From a virus (lineage: Duplodnaviria > Caudoviricetes), in IMG/VR virus record IMGVR_UViG_3300037140_000274, positions 1 to 33,795 of that record: a stretch of 33,795 bases of DNA; one strand, given 5' to 3'. This document shows positions 15,818 through 24,989 of the stretch, one piece after another (position 1 is the stretch's first letter; every line of letters starts with the position of its first letter). The notes below the pieces were generated by a model, which made no database searches, was not told the DNA's origin, and saw nothing but the letters and a program-made list of their open reading frames with translations. A program made the translations under genes and the position numbers.

Positions 15818-18322
15818 CACCCTCGGCGTAAGCGTACGGTCAAGCGGCATGATGCCCCACACGGTAACGGCCCAGATTTGCGGTGCCGGCTTGCCCGCGG
15901 CGCCGGTGACCGAGACCGAAAGCTGCGCCATGTAGCCACGCGGAATCGTTCCTTGGCCGGGCGTTCCGATCGTTTTGATAAAGTGCGTGTCGACCGAGAG
16001 GTCCGTAATCGTCCATACGATAGGGGCCTTATTGTCGATTTGCAAGGTGACCGTCGCTTTGCCGTATTGCAATGGCGGTAGGTCGAGCGTGATCACGGTG
16101 TACTGCTTCTCGTTGCGCGGCTTGTTGCTGCGCGAGAATGGCGCCATCCAGGAGAACGTTTGCGGGTTGCCCAGATCATAGTCCGCATCGACAAACCAGT
16201 AATCGACCGCAGCGAGTATCCCACCAGCGGGCTGCCGGGCAGCCACGATTTCATTGAAGCCTTGGCCTGCGCCGTTGGCGACGTAGTTGGCCGGACGCGC
16301 CGCCGTGAAGTCCAGAGCGCCTGCCGACGGCGGCGCAAACTCCAGTTGGCCGAGCCAGATGCTGCCCGGGATGAAGTACCCGTACGTTTCGTTCAGCAGT
16401 GGGAACGATAGGTAGTACGTCATGTTCGCGAATGAGCCGACCGACGTTTGCATCTGCGCTGGCGTGAGGGCTGGTGACGTTGGCGTTGCGTTGAATAGCC
16501 CGCGCAACGCTTCGGACACGTATTGCGGCGCGGAGCCATCGAACCAGTAGACGCCGTTTTCGGTCAGCCAGAACATGCCGCCGTTTACTGGCGCGACCGA
16601 ATGTCGCGAGACGCAACCGATGTTGAATAGATCGCGCTGGATGAAGCTGCTCGCGGAGTCGCCGTAGACCGCCCACGTTTCCTGTCGCGCAAGCGCCATC
16701 AGCAGCGTTCCCACCTCGGCCAGCGCGATCGGGTCGTCGCCGTAGAAATCATCGTAGGTCGTGTTGTAATTCGGCGGCACCGTATACTGATTGATCTCGC
16801 CAGCCTGCATCTCAAGGACTTGCTGGATTTGGTTGAACTCCCACGGCCGGCCAAGATTGGAATACCACAGTTGGTTATCCGGGAAGTTGTTCGTCGAGGT
16901 ATCCTGGACGTTCGCGTACACCCAGATACGATTTTTGTGGATGCAGATGGATGCGAAGTTCGCGGCTCCGGCCGGCACACCGTACGATCCCATGACCGTA
17001 GGCGGCTGGTCACGCTGCGGTTGCAGCTGTGCGTTGCCGGTGATCGCTGCGTCGGGCGAGATGTCGAAGAAGTTGCCACTGACTCCGAGCCCTAGCACTG
17101 CCGAATTGCCAACGAAGCAGTATGTGGGCTGGAGATTCGACTGCCGGTAGATGTTGGTCGTATACGGCAGTCCGTCGAGCGTGTGCACGCCGGTCCAGGT
17201 GTATGCCGGTCCACTGAACGGCGAGATGTTGACGCCGAATCCGACGACACCACTGCCAACCGATGGCGGCGTAACGAATTGATTGAGGTCGACGCTGGAC
17301 TCGGAAATGGTTCCGTCCGGCATGACCGTTTGTCGCGTGAACAGATAGTAGACGGTCTCGTTCGAAAGGCCGCCGTATATGCTAAAGCCGGCGTCATGGA
17401 CGATCTGGTTCGTGACCTGGAACGTCGTGCCAGTGACGCCGCTGACGGTCAGAATTTCTTGCTGCGTGCCCGAATCGATGACGACTTTATTTCCGTTCGC
17501 GATATTCGTCATGTTCGTCGGCGTGATCGTGACAGGCGTTCCGGTCGTCTGGATACCCGATCCACCGTTCGAATTGACTGGCCCCGTGCTGTAGGCTTGC
17601 ACGCCCGAGACGTTGATATTTCCGTACGCGACTGGAGGCGGATACTGCCACGCGAACATATACGCATAAATCACCGGCTGCGCGATGTTGAATCCGACCG
17701 CATGATTTTTCGAAAAGACCGCCGTGAACGTGGTGCCAGTAACAGCAAAAACGACAATCGTTTCGGCATTCACGCCAGTGTCGACGAGCAAAACCTGACT
17801 GAGGCTGATGCCAGCCATCGATACGGGGGTGACCGTGACCGTACCAGGGTTGACCGCGACCGTTGATGTCGTGAGGTTGATCGGGCTGGTCTGGGTCGTA
17901 GCAAATAGGCGTTGACCACCGTTCGTATAAACGACGCCAGCGAATTGAACCGCCTGATCGAAGGGCACACTATTGGCGACTTGCGAGAGCTGCGGCGCTG
18001 CGCTCGTCGTGACCGGCGTATAAATATAGCAAGTCCACGCGCCAGCACTGTTAAGGCCGCCGACGAGATACGCTGGGATGCTGTTCACGCCGTAGACGCC
18101 GAGCATGAATCCGAAGACGACCGCGACGGACGATAGCACAGCTGAGAAATCGTAGAGCAGCACGCGCCCAGCTTCGGTTGTCAATGCGTCTTCGATAATC
18201 GCCGTGTTCGCGCCGACCGCCTGAACGGCGAATCCGGGATCAACAGTCGGTCCGGATTTCGTGTAGTTGACGCCCTTGAACGGTCCTAGCTCGAGGAGCG
18301 GCTCGTACTCGGCCGCGGCCAT
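15815..18322 (-). CDS. Tail nozzle/stabilisation protein (P22 gp10/T7 gp12-like beta-propeller)
   Basis: 835 aa beta-rich; HKNRIWV...QLWYS, IGCVSRHSV and MFWLTENGVYWFDG blade motifs; located after the adaptor and fibres. Confidence 0.75.
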   Translation of the reverse strand: MAAAEYEPLLELGPFKGVNYTKSGPTVDPGFAVQAVGANTAIIEDALTTEAGRVLLYDFSAVLSSVAVVFGFMLGVYGVNSIPAYLVGGLNSAGAWTCYIYTPVTTSAAPQLSQVANSVPFDQAVQFAGVVYTNGGQRLFATTQTSPINLTTSTVAVNPGTVTVTPVSMAGISLSQVLLVDTGVNAETIVVFAVTGTTFTAVFSKNHAVGFNIAQPVIYAYMFAWQYPPPVAYGNINVSGVQAYSTGPVNSNGGSGIQTTGTPVTITPTNMTNIANGNKVVIDSGTQQEILTVSGVTGTTFQVTNQIVHDAGFSIYGGLSNETVYYLFTRQTVMPDGTISESSVDLNQFVTPPSVGSGVVGFGVNISPFSGPAYTWTGVHTLDGLPYTTNIYRQSNLQPTYCFVGNSAVLGLGVSGNFFDISPDAAITGNAQLQPQRDQPPTVMGSYGVPAGAANFASICIHKNRIWVYANVQDTSTNNFPDNQLWYSNLGRPWEFNQIQQVLEMQAGEINQYTVPPNYNTTYDDFYGDDPIALAEVGTLLMALARQETWAVYGDSASSFIQRDLFNIGCVSRHSVAPVNGGMFWLTENGVYWFDGSAPQYVSEALRGLFNATPTSPALTPAQMQTSVGSFANMTYYLSFPLLNETYGYFIPGSIWLGQLEFAPPSAGALDFTAARPANYVANGAGQGFNEIVAARQPAGGILAAVDYWFVDADYDLGNPQTFSWMAPFSRSNKPRNEKQYTVITLDLPPLQYGKATVTLQIDNKAPIVWTITDLSVDTHFIKTIGTPGQGTIPRGYMAQLSVSVTGAAGKPAPQIWAVTVWGIMPLDRTLTPRV

Positions 18323-18323
18323 G

Positions 18324-19292
18324 CTATAACGTCATCCGTTCGATGATGACGATGCCCGGTGCACCGGCTCCGCCAGCGGACGTCGTGAATGCACCGCCCG
18401 AACCGCCGGCACCAGGGACGACAGCTGCGCCCAAGCCGACGCCGAAGACGAACTGGCCGCCGCCGCCGAACGGCGTGCCAGCACCGGCGCCCGGCAAGAA
18501 CAGAATGCTGACAACGGCGGTCGTACCGTATCCACCGCGCGCGCCAGGTAATGCAATCGCCGGCGATCCCGAACTCACCGTACCGCCAGCACCGCCCGAA
18601 GCCGGCGTCGAGGTCGTGACAGTCGCGGCCGTCGATCCGGTTCCTCCGGACCCTCCTCCTGCCGTAACCGCAGTCGCGAGCGCCAGCGACGAACTGCCTC
18701 CGGCCCCGCCGTTGCCGCCGGTATTCGCGCCTGCCGAGCCTGCCGCTCCGACGGTCACAACGATCCCGGTCGACGCGGCGATGCCGCTGAACGAACCTTC
18801 TGCATACGCACCCGCGCCGCCGCCGCCGCCGCTGGCCGCGTTGCCGTTCGCGCCGCCTCCGCCGCCGCCGCCGCCCATGATGCGAAACCGGTAAAGCGTC
18901 GCTATCGAGCTTGTCGAGGGCGTCGTGAACGTGAAAGTACCGGCGGTCGCATACGCAGTAATCGAGTACGTCTGTGCGCTCGCGATCGAAGCCGCTTGCC
19001 ACTGGAACGGCGCCGTGACGCCGGGCGCAACCTGATAGAACTGGAGCCCGCCGCCCGGCAAGAACGCGACCGCAGACGAGATCAGAAGCGGGTTGACCTG
19101 CTGCCAGCCGAGCGTCGCGCTGACGAACGTCGCGTTGTAGACGTTCCACAGAATGCCGTTGACTTCGCGGGTTTCCCAATACTGACCCAGAGGGGTCTCG
19201 GTTCCGGCATAGATCATCCCGGGATATTGCTTTTGGACGTACGAATCGACGGTCGGGTTCGAGACGCCAGCAGCGTAGTCGAAGTTACTCAT
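18324..19292 (-). CDS. Glycine-rich tail fibre/receptor-binding protein
   Basis: GTFTFTTP...MGGGGGGGG...GGGGGAGAY..VTVGAAG...GGAGAPGIVII pattern; N-terminus paralogous to the tailspike. Confidence 0.8.
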   Translation of the reverse strand: MSNFDYAAGVSNPTVDSYVQKQYPGMIYAGTETPLGQYWETREVNGILWNVYNATFVSATLGWQQVNPLLISSAVAFLPGGGLQFYQVAPGVTAPFQWQAASIASAQTYSITAYATAGTFTFTTPSTSSIATLYRFRIMGGGGGGGGANGNAASGGGGGAGAYAEGSFSGIAASTGIVVTVGAAGSAGANTGGNGGAGGSSSLALATAVTAGGGSGGTGSTAATVTTSTPASGGAGGTVSSGSPAIALPGARGGYGTTAVVSILFLPGAGAGTPFGGGGQFVFGVGLGAAVVPGAGGSGGAFTTSAGGAGAPGIVIIERMTL

Positions 19293-20995
19293 CAGTAACC
19301 CTCAGCGAAGATAACATAGTAGTCGCCATTCACTGTCGTGAAGGTAACGCTCGCCGCCGTTACGGCAGTGATCGTGGCATATGTGAGCGTGTTTGGGCAC
19401 CAGATATGCACGTAGTATGTCAGGTTGCTGCTGAAAGATACGGGCCAGTAGTAGGTCGTCGAAGCGCCACTTGCTAGGACCTGATCTCGAATCGTGTGCT
19501 CAACGTTGACGGGAACGTTTGTCCCAGACCCGATTGGAGCTACGTTGCTCGCGCTGCCAGTATAGCGAACGGGAGAGATGCCGCCGTATGCCTGCGTGTT
19601 CGCCGACAAGTTTCCAGCGACGTTCGCCTCCATGATGACGTTTGCGGTTGTGGTCGCGCCGCCAGCAACTTGCGTCGTCGCGTTGATGCCGTAGCCGGCA
19701 TTATTGCGAACCCACCCGCCGACGATTTGCACCATCGCGCCGAGCGAATCGTTACGAATTCCGTCCAGATGTCCCAGACCGCTATTTGTCCCCGCCTGCC
19801 ACACCATCGCTTCGGTGAGCAGGATAAAACACGATGCCGAGACCGTGTTTTGCAACCAGAGTCCGTATCCACCGGAGTTCGATATCCATCCCTGGGTAAA
19901 TGCGATCAAGACTGCCGTTCCCGCAGATGTCGCAACGACGACGTTATCGGCTACAGCAGTGTCAAAATTCGTGCCGGGACCGAAGAAAATCTCGCGATTC
20001 GTCGCTGCGTTTATTGCGTTGTCGACTCGGAAATTGACGTTGTTCGCGATGACGTCGAGGTCGTTCGTGTAGAGACCGCCGTAGTTGCCGCCACAGTACA
20101 GGCCGATCCCGCCACAGTTGGTGATCAGGCCTTCGGTAAGGTAAAGGCCGCCATTGCCGCCGCCCGTCGTGCCGGCGACCGTGATACCGTTGTTCTTCGC
20201 GCCGACGTAGATGCCAGTCCAGTTGGTCGCGTTCACGCCATCGAAGAAAACGCCGTTGTAGCAGGTTGGCAGGCCATACTGGTACGTGTTGATGGCGATG
20301 TTTGTCATGTACGACTCGCCCATACCGACGAGATGCAGCAGGTAGCCCGCTGTCATCACCGTGGTCGACGTCACGCCCCAGTCGCGGAACGTGCACGCGT
20401 GCAGAAACACCGTGTTATTTCCAAACAGCATGCAGTCGATCGTTGTGCTGGCGCCGCCGTAAATGAACGTGCTCGCGACCTGTCCTGCGCCCAGAATCGT
20501 GATCGGCGTGAAGATGCTCGCCGGAACGATCGTCAGCTGCGAGGTGAACAGGTACGTGCCTTCCGGCACCCAGCCGGGAACGCCGGTCTGGATGACGTTC
20601 AGCCACGCCTGGATCGCTGCTGTATCGTCGGTGACGCCGTTGCCGGTCGCGCCGTAGTCCTTAAGATTAGCGAGGCCCAGCGGCGATCCGAACGTCGTCG
20701 TGGTCGCCCAGACGATCGGCGATGTGGCACCCGCGATTGCGGTCTTGTACTGTAACCCCGCGCTCGAGAGCACTTGAGCGTACGATGGCAGCAGCGGGTT
20801 GACCTGAGAGAAGCCCAGCAGAGATGGATTCCAAGTCGCGTTGATCGTCGACCACAGCGAGCCCTGGATCTCGCGAACTTCGGACCATTCTCCAGAGAGC
20901 TCGGTGCCGTTGAGCTGAACACCAGGCCACTGCTTTTGAACGAGCGCGTCGTTCGCTGGCGATGCACCGCCGAAGTTGAAATCGGTGACGCTCAT
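19292..20995 (-). CDS. Tailspike with pectate-lyase-like right-handed beta-helix (putative depolymerase)
   Basis: NLKDYGATGNGVTDDTAAIQAW...VPEGTY motif followed by N/G/T-rich beta-helix coils. Confidence 0.85.
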   Translation of the reverse strand: MSVTDFNFGGASPANDALVQKQWPGVQLNGTELSGEWSEVREIQGSLWSTINATWNPSLLGFSQVNPLLPSYAQVLSSAGLQYKTAIAGATSPIVWATTTTFGSPLGLANLKDYGATGNGVTDDTAAIQAWLNVIQTGVPGWVPEGTYLFTSQLTIVPASIFTPITILGAGQVASTFIYGGASTTIDCMLFGNNTVFLHACTFRDWGVTSTTVMTAGYLLHLVGMGESYMTNIAINTYQYGLPTCYNGVFFDGVNATNWTGIYVGAKNNGITVAGTTGGGNGGLYLTEGLITNCGGIGLYCGGNYGGLYTNDLDVIANNVNFRVDNAINAATNREIFFGPGTNFDTAVADNVVVATSAGTAVLIAFTQGWISNSGGYGLWLQNTVSASCFILLTEAMVWQAGTNSGLGHLDGIRNDSLGAMVQIVGGWVRNNAGYGINATTQVAGGATTTANVIMEANVAGNLSANTQAYGGISPVRYTGSASNVAPIGSGTNVPVNVEHTIRDQVLASGASTTYYWPVSFSSNLTYYVHIWCPNTLTYATITAVTAASVTFTTVNGDYYVIFAEGY

Positions 20996-21873
20996 TAGTA
21001 GCGGCCTCCGTGGTTACGGCGCACACGCTGGCGCGAAAACTGCGGGCGCAGCGTACGAACCATCGGCGTCTCGGGTTTCTTGCCTTCCCACGTTCCGCGC
21101 CATGATAGCATCCGCTTCTTTTCCGCCTGGTAGTTCGATTCGCACAACGCGTTTTGCTTACGCGAGTTGTCGTCGTTGTTCGAGAAGAACGCCCAGCACG
21201 CAGCCGCCCAGACGATGCCGGGTTTGAAGTTCTCAGGCGATGTCATCGGCTGCGCGACAGTCACCCCACCGTTGGTGACGTACGGGATCGTGTCCGGTTG
21301 GCGAACGCCATCGACCTGGATCGGAACGCCGTCATTCGCCGGAATGCGGGGAAGTCCAAGCCATCCGCCGCGCCAGTAGTACCGCGGACGCTGATACGGC
21401 GTCCACGGGGCGGCATTGGGAGCGGGAAAACCACTACTCCAAGTGCCGGTCGAATCCGGGTACGACGCGGGCTCCGTTACCGTCCATGCCGGCGCGGACT
21501 GACCGGTCGTCCCGATCGGCTGATCGCCGTACGGTGCCGGGCTTTGCGTCGTTCCGCCGCTGCTGTTGTCATAATAGCCGATCTGGCGGCCTTCGAGTGT
21601 CGCGAGATCCGATGGCACGATAATCTCGCCGGCCAGATAGATGCCGTCAACCTCGAGCATGAGGGGAAACTGATAGATCTGCACGCCGCCGACCGTCTCG
21701 ACAACGACCTTGCAATCCGGGAACAAAATGTCCCCGATCATTCGTTTGTTGCCCTGATCGATCCAGTTGATCAGGGTCGCGTCGGACCAGCGCCCCGTCG
21801 ACGATGTATCAAGATCAGAAAGCGTCTGCCGAAGCAGGGTCAGGCAGGCGCCGCTATCGAGCCCTTGCGACAC
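20995..21873 (-). CDS. Head-to-tail adaptor/tail tubular protein A-like
   Basis: N-terminal LRQTLSD...RWSDATLINWIDQG helix pair, P..YY motif and C-terminal helices; position after the capsid module. Confidence 0.65.
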   Translation of the reverse strand: MSQGLDSGACLTLLRQTLSDLDTSSTGRWSDATLINWIDQGNKRMIGDILFPDCKVVVETVGGVQIYQFPLMLEVDGIYLAGEIIVPSDLATLEGRQIGYYDNSSGGTTQSPAPYGDQPIGTTGQSAPAWTVTEPASYPDSTGTWSSGFPAPNAAPWTPYQRPRYYWRGGWLGLPRIPANDGVPIQVDGVRQPDTIPYVTNGGVTVAQPMTSPENFKPGIVWAAACWAFFSNNDDNSRKQNALCESNYQAEKKRMLSWRGTWEGKKPETPMVRTLRPQFSRQRVRRNHGGRY

Positions 21874-21876
21874 ACG

Positions 21877-22215
21877 TCACCGGGCTAAAATCAGATAGCC
21901 AGGGGCAACGATCGACGTAGCGATCGCGCATGTGACAAATCCGCTGTTGAGCGCCATTCCGGTTGCAGGCGCTCCGAGCAACGTCGTCAACGTCGGCGTG
22001 TTCGCATAGATTTGCGTGCCTGACAGCGTCGCGCTGTCAAAGCACGATACGACCGTGATCTGCGCCGCAAGCGACTGCACGCCGTAGAAAGTAGTCGCCT
22101 GAACAACCGTGGTGGCCGTTGTCGTCACCAGCGTGTACTTGGGCGGCGGTACGTCGGCGTAGACGGGGGCGGCAAACGCGGCAAGTAGCGCGCAGATGAG
22201 GACGATGCGCTTCAT
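21877..22215 (-). CDS. Small protein with an N-terminal Sec-type signal peptide
   Basis: MKRIVLICALLAAFAAPVYA|DV: basic n-region, hydrophobic h-region, VYA cleavage site. Confidence 0.65.
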   Translation of the reverse strand: MKRIVLICALLAAFAAPVYADVPPPKYTLVTTTATTVVQATTFYGVQSLAAQITVVSCFDSATLSGTQIYANTPTLTTLLGAPATGMALNSGFVTCAIATSIVAPGYLILAR

Positions 22216-22763
22216 TACGGAATCCCCAAGAGCGATACGTTGAAATTTCCAACCGGCGCAGCAGATGCGGTCAGCACCGCTCGAATCGCGACGATCGTCC
22301 CCGAGATGGTCAACTGCGGCGACGTCGGCGTTAGTGGGTTGGCGACCGGGCCAGTGCTGCCCTGATCAGACGGTCCTTCGGCGAGTACCCACATGCCGGG
22401 ATCGATGCCAGGAAAGAAGCCCGCCGCGGCATTCGCGAGGACTTGCGGGCTTCCACCGAATGGTAGCGCACGAACGCCGGTGGGCGTGCGACCCTGCAGC
22501 GCGTACATGTACGTTTGGAACGCCGCCGGAGAACTCGTCACGTAGATCGATACGCCGTAGCCGACGAGCGCGGCCGTGCCGACTTGCTCGAGTTGGATGC
22601 GCCATTTCGAGAACGCGCGCGCCTCGACTGCGAACCCGCCCGAATCGTTTACACCCAGCGCACCATAGGCAACGGTCGGCGTCGCCACGACAGCCGTGTT
22701 CGGCCCGAGGTTCGAGAGGAGATACCCGGAGAGGAGATTGCTGCCGGCGCCTGATCCCGGCAT
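22215..22763 (-). CDS. Putative virion structural protein
   Basis: Beta-rich 182 aa in the head-neck cluster. Confidence 0.6.
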   Translation of the reverse strand: MPGSGAGSNLLSGYLLSNLGPNTAVVATPTVAYGALGVNDSGGFAVEARAFSKWRIQLEQVGTAALVGYGVSIYVTSSPAAFQTYMYALQGRTPTGVRALPFGGSPQVLANAAAGFFPGIDPGMWVLAEGPSDQGSTGPVANPLTPTSPQLTISGTIVAIRAVLTASAAPVGNFNVSLLGIP

Positions 22764-23171
22764 CTACGTCGCCGCTGCGTGGCGCGCGAGATACGCCTGC
22801 CCGGATGAAATTAAGCCGGGGTTGTTTTCGAGCAGTCCGATGAACGTGTTGCACCAGTTGCAAAGTAGGTCGCGAACGGCATTTGTCTTGTGATCGTGAT
22901 CCACGTTCATCGTCCTTTCTTGCGGCTTCAGACAGAGTGCGCAACAACCGTTTTGGGCGGCGACCATGTCATCGAATTGTTTTGGTGTCAGTCCGTACTT
23001 AGTTTTTCGATGCCAGTCATGCTTTCGCAGTTTTTGTCCTGGCGTTCTCTGTTGCGCAACGGTTCGCGCAATGATCTTTTTCTTGATGTTTTCCGGTTGG
23101 CTACGATACCAGTTGCGCTGATAGGTCTTGTACGCTTCCCATTCCTCGGGAGTGCAGTCTGATTTCTTCAC
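22764..23171 (-). CDS. Endonuclease VII-family nuclease, probably a homing endonuclease
   Basis: KYGLT..QFD.M...Q.GCCALC...VDHDHKT..VR.LLC.WCN..IG; lower GC than the flanks. Confidence 0.9.
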   Translation of the reverse strand: MKKSDCTPEEWEAYKTYQRNWYRSQPENIKKKIIARTVAQQRTPGQKLRKHDWHRKTKYGLTPKQFDDMVAAQNGCCALCLKPQERTMNVDHDHKTNAVRDLLCNWCNTFIGLLENNPGLISSGQAYLARHAAAT

Positions 23172-23186
23172 TCCTCCAGTATATCA
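23172..23186 (-). promoter_or_regulatory. Putative extended -10 promoter (TGATATACT-6 nt-GTG) in an AT-rich spacer
   Basis: The minus strand reads TGA TATACT GGAGGA GTG; AT-rich region 23178-23216. Confidence 0.5.
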
Positions 23187-23218
23187 AAAATCAGACATAT
23201 TTTGGTTTTATTTTTAGG

Positions 23219-24007
23219 TCAGAAATCGACCCCGGGCTCGGGGGTGACCAACGGCGGATATTGCTGACCGGGAGCAGTCGCTTGCAGCGGCTGCGGTTCG
23301 TCGTACATCGAGATGATGAGGTTCGTGATCGTACCGGCACCGGCGGGCGTGGTCACGCGCAGCGTCAGCACCGAAGCGTTTGCCCAGATGCAGTCAGGAT
23401 TTGAAGGCACCAGGATCTGTGCGTAGTTCGCTCCCGTTCCGGTCGCCGACGTGAGGTTCGGAAAGTTGGTTGTGTTGAAGACGACGTCCGCAGCGAACAT
23501 CGCGTTGCCGGGGACCGATGGATTCGACGCAATCCCGCCGCCCCCGACCGGATAAGTCACGGTCAGCTGGCTGCCCGCATTCGGACCCTGGCCGCCCGAT
23601 GCTTGGCCGAGCGCATTGTATGAAACAGGCGGCACCGATGAGTTGTCGTTACCGGGAATCGACCCTTGGACGTACGCGCCCGTGCCGTGCACGATGTTGA
23701 ATGATGCCACTGCGAGCGCAGCCGCGCCGATCGCAGAGCAAAACACCGCAATTTTCGGGATTTTGACGCGACCGGGGACGATAAAATACGCCTGAATAAC
23801 GGTGTTCGCTTGGGAAATCGCGACCGAAGGGATCGAGAAGATGTTCGACTCGGTCCCGAGCGTTCCGAGCGTGTAGGCTTCGCGCGAAGTGAAGTCTAGC
23901 GACTTCTTCGCGCGACCCAGCAGCAGGTCGAAATTTCCGGGATAGGCTGCTTGCAGCTGCGCCGGGGTGAGCGGCGACAGCTGCGGATAGCCGGGAAGAC
24001 CTGACAT
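23219..24007 (-). CDS. Putative capsid-associated structural protein
   Basis: Immediately downstream of the major capsid gene; beta-rich; GGGGA SD. Confidence 0.6.
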   Translation of the reverse strand: MSGLPGYPQLSPLTPAQLQAAYPGNFDLLLGRAKKSLDFTSREAYTLGTLGTESNIFSIPSVAISQANTVIQAYFIVPGRVKIPKIAVFCSAIGAAALAVASFNIVHGTGAYVQGSIPGNDNSSVPPVSYNALGQASGGQGPNAGSQLTVTYPVGGGGIASNPSVPGNAMFAADVVFNTTNFPNLTSATGTGANYAQILVPSNPDCIWANASVLTLRVTTPAGAGTITNLIISMYDEPQPLQATAPGQQYPPLVTPEPGVDF

Positions 24008-24016
24008 GGAGTCCCC

Positions 24017-24988
24017 TTAGAAGGCCACAGCCCCAGCGCCGAGTGAAGCGACCGCCGAACGCCACGTCCAAGCGCCCTGCGCCATCCGGAACGAGTCCAT
24101 GATGATGCGATTCTTCGTCATCGGGTCGCGGAACGAGTCGAAGTCCGACTGCCAGCGGAACCAAACGGTCAGGCCGTGCGCGTCGCTACCCGGCTTGCCC
24201 TTGTTGCCGAGCATGAACCATGCGTACGGGTTCGAGAGGTCGCGCCACGCGAAGATCTTCCACTTGTTGTACTGGATGTTCGTCTTGCGCGTATTTTCGT
24301 ACGGCGCGGTCGGCGATGAGGTGATTTCCTCGGCGATCTGAGACATCTGCGGGTGGCAGACGATCCAGATCGGGGTACGTTTGTCTTTCTTCCCGCGATC
24401 GTCGAGCATTGTTTCGAACAGCAGCTCGCCGGCCCGAATCGATTCTGGCGTCATCTGCGTGTTGCCGAGCGAGTTCGAGAACGTCTGGCCGATGCGCGAC
24501 ACGACGCCGGTCGGCGTCACGACCGGGTTCAGCACGTGCGCGGGTGAGAACAGCGGCTGGCCGTCCGGGAGCAATTTCAGGCCGGAGAAGCCGAGGTTCA
24601 GCATCGCGACGGCCAAGAGGTCCTTGGTGTTGCGCGCCGACTTCGCCATCATCGACGGGATCTCGGTCAGGATGTCCAGCGGGTCTTCGACGGTCGCTTC
24701 GCGCGACACGGCGGCGGCGAGCGCGTAGGTTGAGAAGATCGCCGTGAACGGAATCATCTCGTTCGGCGCATCGAACGTGGGCGCTTCGCCCTCGCCCTTC
24801 TGGATAAAGTTCCCGAGGCCGGTATACGGCAGCATCTGCACGTACCGCTTGCGATCTTTCGGCGTGTACGTGTTGATGATGACGTCGTATTGAGCTGGTA
24901 CCGAATCCGTCTCGTCCTTGTACTTCTCGTCGAGAAGATGGGTCGAGGCGATGAATGGGGCGTTGGTGGTCCAGAGAGGTGTTGCCAT
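24017..24988 (-). CDS. Major capsid protein (HK97 fold, Mu gpT-like family)
   Basis: 323 aa; GLG.F..K.EG....D, A.SREA..ED and M.KSA..TK...A...LN.GF......DGQPLFS.AH motifs; position after scaffold and decoration genes. Confidence 0.85.
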   Translation of the reverse strand: MATPLWTTNAPFIASTHLLDEKYKDETDSVPAQYDVIINTYTPKDRKRYVQMLPYTGLGNFIQKGEGEAPTFDAPNEMIPFTAIFSTYALAAAVSREATVEDPLDILTEIPSMMAKSARNTKDLLAVAMLNLGFSGLKLLPDGQPLFSPAHVLNPVVTPTGVVSRIGQTFSNSLGNTQMTPESIRAGELLFETMLDDRGKKDKRTPIWIVCHPQMSQIAEEITSSPTAPYENTRKTNIQYNKWKIFAWRDLSNPYAWFMLGNKGKPGSDAHGLTVWFRWQSDFDSFRDPMTKNRIIMDSFRMAQGAWTWRSAVASLGAGAVAF

Positions 24989-24989
24989 C

